Part shown: positions 40,938-52,113 of the stretch, piece after piece
Position numbering within the stretch: the first letter of the stretch is position 1
How the letters are laid out: the number at the start of each line of letters is the position of its first letter
NCBI GenBank assembly: GCA_009103225.1
Contig: RHPI01000026.1
Span: forward strand, 147,578-211,577
Direction of reading: 5' to 3'
Origin: Chlorokybus atmophyticus
Taxonomy: Eukaryota; Plantae; Mesostigma and Chlorokybus algae
Length of the DNA: 64,000 nucleotides
The notes under the pieces: model-generated
What the model was told of the DNA's origin: nothing
The model's input: the letters and a program-made list of their open reading frames with translations, nothing else
Database searches by the model: none
Position numbers and translations under genes: made by a program

Positions 40938-42474
40938 GGCTGCTGACCACCAGACCAAACCGGCAAGGGAGGAACCTTAACACGCCGCACCGTGGCCCAG
41001 CACAAGCAACGGCCTGGAGCCCCGCAATGCTCTCAACAAGCCACCTGCAGCCCACGCCTGTAGCTAGCAACAAATCAGCTCTAACCCGCTGCACGCGAAG
41101 CCTCACACCTCAGCGTCGCCACCGCCAGCAACGCCGCGACCTAACTCGCCGCCGCCGCCGCCGCCACCGCCGTCGCCAGCAGTGCTTACCTGAATTTGAC
41201 AGGGCGTCAATGGTTTAGGCGCCACAAATCTGCTACTGCTTGAACGCGGAAGCGGGAAAGCGGCTATCGGTTTGGCTTTGGGCAGGATCCGAGTAGCCTG
41301 CGTGTTGTGCTTCTACACAGTCAAGTCGCTTGTAAGCCGCTGTGCGTTCTCGCTAATGGCTGATCGATCGGCTGCTTGCCGAGATGATTCCGGGTTCCGC
41401 GCCACGTGTCGTGATCGGGTGCGTTACCAGTGAGTCAGTGCAGCATGACATGCATGTGCCGCGTCGATTATTGGCACGCAGTTGTTGCTGTTTTTGGGAA
41501 AGGAGTAGGACGAGAGACAGCCAGGATATAAGGACTGGTGCGTTCACCCGTGGCACAACCATGGCTAAAGACACATTATACTGCAATGATTGTAGCACAC
41601 ATGCATAATGGTTTGCAGCATGCAACAACTTCGTGACTGATTTATATCTTACGTAATCAACACATGCATGCGCAGGCTTGTCAAGCAGTTGTAGTTGTAG
41701 CGTCCAGAACATTGTGTCTTGCTTGCATTTGCACCAATGCATGATAATTTTATTTCGCTACGCTATATAACATATTTGCTTGATGCTTGAAGTGCGCATC
41801 CATTATCAGCAACACTTACAATGTGTTTACATATACCGTAGTGCAGCAGAAAGCAATAAAACGAGCTGAACGCTTTATAAAAAGTTTATTATACCGACAA
41901 AAAATATGCGATCAGATGGTTTTTAATTGGTTAGGATAATTGGGCGCGGTTTTAATGATATATAAACTGACTTATTTGCCACTACTTTTAATGAATTCAA
42001 CGGCATTACCGTATATGATACCGTATATGATGAGAAATGATTAATGTGGTTGTTGTGCATGATGCTGCGCATACGTTGTATGAGACAGAGCGGCGCTCTG
42101 GCGCCATTACAGTCATTGTTGCACACTTTTGATAATTGGCATTGTGCGGCGATGAGATCTTATGTGAGCTATCTTGCAAGCTGTCAATTTTTGCGCCTTT
42201 GTAGAGGCTGCCTCTTACTAACCCAACATGCTGCTGTCATGTACGTATGCTTGCAGCCGAACTGGCTTGTGGGCTTCATGTATTTTCTTGGAGATCTTGC
42301 CGAAGTACATCTCCAAAGGCAATTGCGTGTAAGTGCGTGCGCACATGTTTTCCGTATGCGTGCACGCGTATGTGCATGCCGCTGCCACTCACGTGGTCGT
42401 CATGGCACAGTTAACTCTCGCAAATCTGAGCGGATTTAGCAACAGCACAACAGCAAGCCCCCCCCCCCCCCCCC

Positions 42475-42538
42475 NNNNNNNNNNNNNNNNNNNNNNNNNN
42501 NNNNNNNNNNNNNNNNNNNNNNNNNNNNNNNNNNNNNN
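42475..42538. other. Assembly gap flanked by poly-C
   Basis: 64 Ns between C homopolymers. Confidence 1.
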
Positions 42539-45084
42539 CCCCCCCCCCCCCCCCCCCTTTCTACCTCATTAACTGCATAGATTAACGCACGGTATGTAGG
42601 TTGGTAGGTTGGTGCCGGCAAGAGGTGAGTTTGTGATTGCTTTCGGGTGGTTGTTCACACACACATTTGTCAGGCGTGCACACATGTGGATGTGCATGCT
42701 TGCTTACACATACACGCGCATGCACACTGCACGCAACACTATGTGCACTCATACAGACACCTGGTCATCAACACCAACACTCATACTCACTTGCACACAC
42801 GTGTATACGCACACGCGCATGTGCACAAGTGCCAGCATGCTCTCTCTCTCTCTCTCTCTCTAAGCAGGCAGCGGGCAAGGACGGCTGCGACCAGCACCGA
42901 TGACGCCAGCGCCCTTCCCTGCACGCCCCTTCGACATGGGGCTCCAGCCAGGCGTGCACAGTCAGTCAGTGAGTCAGCCAGTCATTGCGCATGCCTGCGT
43001 GTGTGCATGCATGCATTGTCCTCTTTGTGCTATGTAACTCTTTGTTTGGGGCAAGTTCATGCCAGCCTGCCCCCCCTCGATCTGTCTTGCTCTTCTCTCA
43101 CGCTGTTAGTGCTTGGCCCGCGGCAAGCATGCAGCGGTGGCAAGCTCCTGAAATGCACCGCCTGTGAGTGTGCGCCGGGGAGCGCAATCCCACTTTCAGG
43201 TGTGCAGCTCGGCTCTGTGTGAGCGGCTGGTGGCTGCTCTGCTCCGTGCATGTGAGTGTGTTTGTTGTGTGTTGGTTGTATGTTGGTGGGAATGTGTACA
43301 TGTGCGCGTTCGCGCGTGTGTGTGCCCCCCCCCCACACCCTGGCAGACAAGATGGTGGTCAGCGGCGGACCCAGCACGCAAGCTGGCACCGTTCATTGGC
43401 GACACTGATTGATACTGGCCGAGGTTAGTCTGTGAGCGCACCCGGTCGTGTGCGCCCGTGCAGGCAAATATACACATATTCAAACTTCCAACTGCATGTG
43501 CACGCAGACTTGCGTTGGTGGGTGCACATGCAAACATCCGCGATTGCACACATGTACAAGCACATGTACGTGCATGCAGGCACGTACACGTGCACACACA
43601 TCTTCATGCACACACATGCGCACACAGTAGCTGATCATGCATGCGCGCTATCAGCGTTTGCTGTGCAGTAGCACATGCAAGACTGGGTGTGGTAGGTTTG
43701 TGGCCTGAGTGAGGGTACGGGTGTTATCACTGTGTATGTAAAGTAGGTAGCTGTGGGCATTGAGCTCTATCATGATGCTACGTTGCAGTCAGGGTGTGGG
43801 TGTGATTCTTGTAGGGTAGTAGCTGTGAGGATCCTGTAAAGTATTCGCATCGAATGCATTGTGAGATGTCATATGTGATCTGTGGTCATTTGATTTGCAC
43901 GATGTGATGTGATTGCCGTATTCTGCTTGGCTACACAAAGCGTTGGAAATGTACTTTTGTTATTGTGTGTTGTGATCATCAATGATTGAGCGTGTTGTGG
44001 TGTGTTGTTGCTGTGCGACGATGATGGGTGGCAGTGGTGCATGGTGACATATGCTCATGTGCTATGTGGCCCCTTTCAAGTCACAAACTGTGCAATACAT
44101 ACTGACACATGCATTACCTTCGCAGGCACCCCAATGCTCGTGCACATTTGCTCTATGTCATGACACTCCAACACGAGCACGTACACAAAGATATTCAGGA
44201 CAATGCACAAGTGGTACACACGCATACTATGTGTTGTTGGAGTGATACAAGCAGGCGGCATGAACTGCAAAGTGGCGCCGCGCTGGACAGTCACGGTACA
44301 ACCGGTTAACGCCGGTCAGTTTACTGAAGGTGCGGCGACGCAGTCGACCATTGCATCGGCGACCGAGTCAGCGCAGAGATTATACGTTACTGGGACCCGT
44401 GGTGTGCACGGGTCGCACACACTAGTAACCATCACATACTCAGCTGAGGTGCAGCAGCAGGGACTGGCGCGGATGGCAGGTGCGGCACCTGCCGTCGGCG
44501 AGAGGCCATTGGCTACGCAACTGTACTGCATTCCTGATCGGGGGGGGCTGACACAGACGCCATCATTCAGTGTGGGAGGCCAATGCAGCACAGCCGAGAG
44601 AGAGGAGAGCTGGCTTTTTCACATCGGCTGCCCAAGACTTGACCTGACCCCGTGCTTGCCATGATTAACACAGTGGTATCGGTCCGCAGCATTTGCTTGC
44701 TCAGCCGTGAAGGTATCTAAACTGCAGCAGGCATGGCACCACTTTCAGTCTCATCTCATCTTCTCTCTCGCCCAGCTGAAGTGTGGCCGCCTGGGCGGCC
44801 TTGCCCAAGGTGTGCTGCATCTCTGGCTCTCGTGCAGTCCATGCATGTCACCATGAGTGCGTGCGTACTTGCATGCTGTGTATGAGCGCAATTGCTGTCA
44901 ACAAGCAACATCTGCTCCCAAGGTGCATTACTGGACTCTTCTGTGTGCTACTAACGATTGACAGTACGGTTGCTCTCTCTGACTTTGTGTACCTGCGCTT
45001 ATTTAGCCAGAAGCACGATGAAGCCAAGCAGAGCTTCAGCGACAGCGGTACCCTAGAGGTGGCTTGTTGTCGTTATTGTGCCAC

Positions 45085-47491
45085 GCATGCTGCCACAGCC
45101 CAAGCCCTCGATACGCGTGTCCACTACAGCTTCATGTCCTGGCGCAAAGACACCAGCGCTGACGCTGGCCCCTACGACGTCATTATCACTGTTACCCAGA
45201 TATGTACTACAACTGGTTGCGTGAACGTGCCGCCTACACACACGATATCCTTACATAGTTGTGCTTTTTCCCCAGAGGTTAATCTGGTTCTACAGCTCGC
45301 CGCCCTTCATAGGTGACACCCTTCCCTTTCCTCCCCAGCTCTACTTTGGTGACGGCGCTCAACTGCTAGAGGCAACCATCGCGGAATACGTCGTTGCTCT
45401 CAACCCAATAGAAGGCCGAGCTCAGGTCAAACACGTTCACGCACTCGCACGCGCGCTCATACACATGCCCACCCATGCATCCGCATGCGCACACACTGTG
45501 CAACCGTGCATGCACGCTTCAGACTGATATGCAACTCGTGTGGCAGATTGCCAAGAGGTACAGCGGGCCGGGCCCGTATATGGTGTCCATTGACGACTGT
45601 TGCCGGACACGCGACTCAATCAACGCCGGGAGCAGCGACTACCTCGTGCAGATCGTAATCAATATGAGCAACAACAGCACCGGTGGCGTGGTCTCCTCCC
45701 TGCCGCCCATCATCCAGGTGGCCGGCCCCGGGCAGGACAACACCATCCAGCTCCCGGTTCTGGACCCAGACCTGGACTCGTTTACGTGCCGGCGTGCCAC
45801 AAAAGTCGAGTGGCTCATACCTGCCATCCCGAGCGCGATAGACACGCTCACAGCAAACCCTCATGTGCGCTCACGTGGCGCACACACCAAACTTCCTGGG
45901 GGGACATGTACACCGTGCAGGTGATAATCGTGGAGCGCCACGCCGGCAACGACCCCGCCATCCACGCATTGGACTTCACTGTGCAGATTGTTTCTGCTGC
46001 TGCGCAGCTACCCGCATGCAACTTCAACGACCCGCTCCCCCTGCAGTGCACGCTTGAAGCCACGGGAGTCCAGTGCAACGTCCCGGTGGCTGATGTCCTC
46101 ACCCTCGGCATGACCGTCAAGGCCGACGCATAAATTACTCCTCTCTACTACTCTCTCACGCCTTCCCCGGACGGCGCCTTCGACATCGCCCCCCCCGCGG
46201 GTGTTGCGGTGACTTCACCACTCCATACCACGGCCATATTCACCCCCTCAGCCACCGATAGAGGGCGTGTACTCACCGTGCAGGAGACCTTGCAGCGCGG
46301 CTCGGGGCCTAGTGATTTTGGTCCCGCCTGCACCGTCTCCTTCACAGTCATTGTCCAAGGTGTGCACGTGTGTGGACACGTGTCGTGCTTAGCACAAGTT
46401 GTGTGTTGTGTCTTTTCGTGCTGTGTCTGGACGTCTTAACATCCTTTGTGCAGAGTTCTGTTTCGGCAAGCCAGATGGGACGCCTTGCCAGCAGCGCCCG
46501 GATGGCGTGTGTCGCGCCGGAGTTTGTGGGGTGCGTTTGTAGTCACCAGCAGTGTTGTCATGTCTAGCACTGGTGAGGCTGCAATTGACTCGTGCCTGTC
46601 CTTGTGCTCACTCAGCCACCGCCGCCATCACCACCCCCACCGCCATCACCGCCCCCGCCCCAACCTCCACCGTCATCACCCCACCCATCACCCCCCCCGC
46701 CACCACCCCCNCTCCCCCGCCATCGCCATCGCCTCCCCCGCCGTCACCACCCGGTAAGTGGATGGTTTTGCAGCAATGTGTATGCATGCATGTGGGACTG
46801 CATGCCACTTCAAGGCTTGCCAGCGTGAACTAACTCTTTGACTGTGTGCAAACAGTATGCATGCTCAAACCTTGCGGCCCCTATGGCCGTTGCCAGCCTG
46901 TGACTGACGGCTATCGCTGCATCTGCCAACACGGGTTTTACGAACAGGTGCGTTGACTTTGCCGTTCCCGTCAATGTGGATGCTGCCATACGTGCGTGCG
47001 TGTGTACACATACATAGCGCGGGCGTGAGTGCATGTATGCGTGAGTGCCTGCCCGCATCTTGGTCTCATTTCTTGGGCCGCTACTTTTACAGAAGCGTCT
47101 CGACGGCACCAAGGTGTGCGAGTCCTTCTGCTCCAAGCCGGTGTCCATAGGGCTGTGGAAGACTCCCCCGCTGCACCGCAATAAGCGGATCAACCGCGTC
47201 CCCGACGCCTACACCTGCTGCCACAAGTGCAAGACCAACCTCGCCTGCAAGTACTGGGCATACAACACCGGTGACGGTCGCCACAATAACGTGTGTATCA
47301 TGTATCGGATGCAACAGCACACACGCAGCACGCGTATGCACGCACATAAGCATGTATGCGTGTGTTACATCTACTGCTGACTGCAGGTGTGCAAGCTCTT
47401 TGGTTGGGGCAATGATGCCAACACGTGTTATGGCAACGCTCAGCTACACACCAGCAACAACGCATGGGTCGCTGGCAAGCTGTGCAACTAG
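45085..47491 (+). pseudogene. Secreted multidomain protein (DDCCR/PPII/DPD domain, beta-rich domain, Pro-rich linker, EGF-like, PAN/apple-like), disrupted or mis-assembled
   Basis: YFGDG, SIDDCCR, SSLPPIIQV, IQLPVLDPDLDSFTCR. Poly-SPPPP at 46612-46753. EGF-like exon 46856-46947 (CMLKPCGPYGRCQPVTDGYRCICQHGF). PAN-like CCHKCKTNLACKYWAY. Frameshift near 45860 and in-frame TAA at 46131-46133. Confidence 0.7.
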
Positions 47492-48261
47492 CAATACACC
47501 CACTCTGTCCAACCGACCTCTGTGCAAGCTGCAACTAGCGGATACACGCTTGGCAGCTGATGGAAGAATGTGTATTGCAGTAATATCTAACGCAATCAGC
47601 TTAGATTATGCGTGTAGCTCGGCTATGATGGGTGATGAGCCGGAAGCTTGTGAGTGGAATATAGAAATGTGTGATGACATTTGCAAAGTGGCTTTGGGAT
47701 GCTTGCATGCACGGTGTGTTAATTGGTTTTGTATAAACAGCAGTCGCAACACCAGTCGCTGAAGCAGAGGCTGCTGACAACACATCAGCCATGTATTTAC
47801 GCAAGCGGCTGTAAGCACATGCATGCAGTGACACACTCGGCAATGATCGACCTCACGGTGTGTGCATGTACTGTTGGCACCCACTGTCAGTTGTTACATG
47901 TACTACTCCGCAAGGACAGCAGAAAAAACTTGCCATCTTTGTAGCTCGCAGGTGTGGTCTTGCTGGTTGTATTGTGCTGCTACCTCTCTCCTTGATCATC
48001 TGCGTATCTTGTAACAGTACAGTGCTGTAGCACATGTGATCACTGATAACAACACGGCTCAATACCGTATATCAGAGTCTGTTGACTCCGCGAGCTAGTG
48101 CCAACATTGTTATTGCGGTAGTTCTGAAAACCACAAGATAGCAAGATGCGGCAGTGTGCCGCCATCTAATGTTGACACACTGCCCTCCCTGCCCATCCCA
48201 GGGCGCAATGTGAGCCATGACCAGCAATAACACAACAGTAACCACACTACCATGCAGCATA

Positions 48262-50195
48262 TCAGAAGTTGCTTGAGAATCTGTCACGCCCGCCGCTGTC
48301 CTTTGCAGTGTGGATGGACTGTCGCACCGCCCTGTCCAGCATTGCCATCAACACCTCTTGCGTACGCTTGCCTCGGCATCGCGTACGAAGACTTGCGCCT
48401 TCTGTAGATACACACCCAGATGTTACGCAATACGAGTGTGGTATGTGTGGTACACAAAAGGCAAAACACGTGTTGTTGCCCAGCTCACCCGTGATCAAGT
48501 CCGGGTGGCTGCTGTTGGGAGGGGCCAGGTGGGTCAACCGGCAGCGCTAGCTGCTGCTGTTGTAGTTGCTGTTGCTGCTGCTGCTGTTGCTGCAACTGCT
48601 GCGCGATGCCCCATATGTTTGCGAGCTCGCTCAACCACAAGCGAGGGCCGCGTGGCCATCAGCTGCCGCTGCTGGATCTGGTGCGGCGGCTGCGAGTGCT
48701 CGGGGCTCGTGGCCACACGCAACGAGATGGACTTGCGTCTTGCCAACATCTGAGAGCCCTGCGCAGCTATGCGCAATGGGGCGTGAGTCCACATGAAGCT
48801 CCGAGCGCCAACATCTCACTCACCCCGGCATGTGGCGGGGATGTGGGGTCCTTTGGCGACGAGGGATCCTGCTGCAGTGGCATGATGCTGCCTTGAGGTG
48901 CAACCAGTACTAGTGCTTGCAGTGACAATATTGAAAGCTGCCCGTGCCTGGGGCGGTGCCCATATGGCGGGCGCTCGGAAACGCCATCAACTAATGCACA
49001 GGAAGAGCAACGGAACCTCGTGTACGCACTCCTCCCTGTCCCGTCGGCGATAGAGGCGTTTTGGGACATAGCATATCAGCATGCCACCGCCGGAGACGTG
49101 CTGCTCCTGCAAAGACACATGGTCGGGGCCTCCGTTCATATTCGTGCTTTGCATCGGCGGGGAGACCAGGCCAACGATTATAGTGTCTAGGTGGGACCTT
49201 CTTCGTGACTGGAGCTGCGCCATCATGCTCATGGGAAGCTGTCAGCACTTGAGGGCTGACCATTCCTATTGACGGTCATCGGCAAAACCTATGGCAGGGC
49301 GAGTTGTGCGACTCCGAGCCACTGCTCGTACTGCACCTGAGGGAGAGGTACAACAGGTTAAAAGCACAGTCATTGTCATGCAAAGGTGGGTAGAGACAAA
49401 GTGCACGTACCGATGGGGACAATTCCATCTCGCGCAGACATCGGCAGCATCGTTGAAGGCATGTCCAGCTGGTGCGGCTGTGGTTGTGAGAGAGCCGCCT
49501 CGGTGTCACTCGGTGTTTCCGCCATTGATGCTGGCGTCAATGTGACCGTCACCGTTGGCCTTTAACCAGCTGCCTTTGCCGGTGCCGGGGACGATGATGC
49601 TGCTGTTCCTGCTGCTGACTCGGGGCTTTCTTTTGCGCTGGTGGTTCTTCTCGGGGGGGCATGATCATCATGGCGGCCACTGCACACAGGCTGCAGTGGC
49701 GGCATACTTGTAGCTGCGGCACTTGTGCGAGTGACTCCCCACAGGGAAAGACAGCAACATCGCCCGCTGTCGCGAGCGCCCGGCTCTGCTCACAGCAGCC
49801 AACTTGCGTGTCTTGCTGATCACGCCAGTCGCGGTGCCGCTCTGCTGTTGCTCGTCAAAGCGATCCCCCTGCGTGTACCCGCTTGAGTGTTGAGTCACGA
49901 ACAAGGGTCACACAAGCACACGTGCACTCACCTCCTTGCTCGAATTATTGGATGGCACGCGCATCAAGTACTCTCGTGTTGGGGTACCACTGGCAGTACC
50001 GGCGGCCGGTGATGCAAACGTGGTCCAGCATGGCGGAGATGAAGGCGCAGGGCCGCATGACGGGGGCGTTCCTTGCGAGGATTCATTACCTCTCACGTGG
50101 CCTTTCAGTTCTCCACCGACATCACTGCCAAGCAAGAGGTTCACAAGACAGTTTGTCAAGTAACTCGAGTATGGTGGCACCGCCGTTGACGCCAC
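48262..50195 (-). CDS. Possible multi-exon gene for a low-complexity protein
   Basis: Several Ala/Ser/Gln-rich open segments bounded by splice-like sites. No consistent model or domain found. Confidence 0.25.
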
Positions 50196-51408
50196 CGGCT
50201 ACAACGGCGGGCCCAACGAGGGCGATGAGCAGCAACACATAGAGCATGTTCAAGCCGCTAGGGATGACGCCGCCTCAGCCTCCCTGCATCCGAACGCACT
50301 GGAGATAGAATTCCTCAAAGATACACGGTACATTCCTGTGGACTTGTCTAACTCTATTGCACAAACGTGCGCTGTTCTATTGCACAAACGTGCGCTGTTC
50401 TAACGCTGCGGGCTGCAGTATCCTTTACATTAACCCCTGGTCCTGCCCTTGGAACGGCAACATGCAGCAGCGGTCGTGTCATCACGCACACATTTCATGT
50501 CCAGCCAGCGCTCCGATGTGACACACTCTCCACAGCGTTCCCCCATAGGTGTGCATTGCACATGCGATTAGTGGATGTGGGCTTGCTGTTGTGTGCTGGT
50601 AGGCTGTTTGGCTAATGACCTGCACTTGCTTACCTCCGTTGCCAGACATGGGAACACCTGAGACTGGCAGCGATGGAGCTCATTGGATAAGAGAGTACAG
50701 CACTGCCAGTTCAGTGAAGGTTTCACATACATCTTCGCGCATTGACTTGAACATTACATTTCAAGCACATAGTGAGCACAAAAACACATCAAGCACGCAC
50801 AGCCGTCAGGCTGCAGGCCTGACACATCCTCGTACACCGACGCTGATCACCAAAGGCCTGCGTTTACACACCCCAAACTGCACCCTAGAACACGTAGGCA
50901 GTCATGCGTAGGGAGCATGACACCAAGTTTCGTAAACATTCAAACTCGCACCACACCTATACACGAGCCCACACAACCACATACGAGCACACCTCATCAC
51001 CACACGCAGTCCACATCCATTTTATATGCAGGTGAGCCTGTGCGCACGTGCATGTTTGTCAAGCATGTACACGCACACAGGTGCACGCATGCATACACGC
51101 GCTTGTGCATGCTCGCACAACTTGCAACGCCACACCGGCTGCAGGACTCTCACAGCACTTGACCAACCTACAACGCACACCACACCACGAACCACCCTGC
51201 ATCCCTGCCCACCTGGCCTGCATCCCTGCCCCTGCTGTTATCTCGACTGTTATCTCAACCGCCCTGTGCCTGCACGTCAGGCTGATCCTGCCCCAACGTA
51301 TGATGACTACTCTCTTGCCGCAAACAAACGCCTTTACCTTGAGTCATTGCCGCTGTCATGTAGAGTCTGCTGTACAGTACAACAGGTGCAACCACCACGC
51401 GCGCTTCT

Positions 51409-51501
51409 GTACACTCCTGCCTCTCACCACCTGCGCCGCTTCCATCTCCGCACCTTGTGCGGAGATGGAAGCGGCGCAGGTGGTGAGAGGCAGGAGTGTA
51501 C
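51409..51501. ncRNA. Perfect 45-bp hairpin, candidate miRNA/siRNA precursor
   Basis: 51409-51453 is the exact reverse complement of 51457-51501, with a 3-nt loop (CTT). Confidence 0.5.
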
Positions 51502-52113
51502 GGCAAAGAACCTATCAGGTTGCTGAATACATTGAAGCTCCTCAGTAACATGCTGAAGAGCCGTTTCACCTGTACTAGCATTGCGCGGCATGGGGGTGTT
51601 GACAAAGTGTTGCAGTACTGGTATTGCAACACTTTGGTCAGCTGCCCCAAGTCCGAAGCTAAGGTGCAGCTGGGTGGTGTCAAGGAAGACAAGGGAATGG
51701 CATCCTGCGGAATGCCTCTAATGTTGGTCTCGGCAGCTAACCTCCACACAACTCCTGCCACCTGTGGTTTTCTTGACACTTTCTTAGCACTCTCTCCTTA
51801 CGTGTAAGCATGCCTGTTCAAAATACGAACGGTTCCCTCCCCTGTCCAACAGGCATGCATGCGTGCACGCGTGCGTGCGCATGTGCATGTTATTCAAAAC
51901 ATATCGGTTGGTGACAAAGACAGACCACACCGTTTTGTAGCCTGTACTCATTGCACCGTGAGTCACTGAATTTCCATTCATGCATCTGGTCAGCCGCATG
52001 GCACATACCGTGACAACACTACGAGGTTGACCGGTACACCATGAAAGACACTTTTGCGCAGGCTGTAATGCCATACCCACAGACCGGTGCGCGCACTGAG
52101 GTAATATGCCATA

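Noticed and set aside
42600-43700. Many His/Thr/Cys/Val-rich short ORFs
   Set aside because: Translations of CA/GT/GCAT-rich intron-like or intergenic sequence.
44203-44664. 153-aa + strand ORF and an overlapping Cys-rich minus-strand ORF
   Set aside because: No recognisable domain, and neither could be linked by splicing to the downstream gene.
46131-46133. In-frame TAA suggesting a TAA/TAG=Gln genetic code as in some ulvophytes
   Set aside because: Conserved genes here end at TAA or TAG at their expected C-termini (WBP11, TTC39, PHR2, NOL), so the standard code applies. This gene also has a frameshift.
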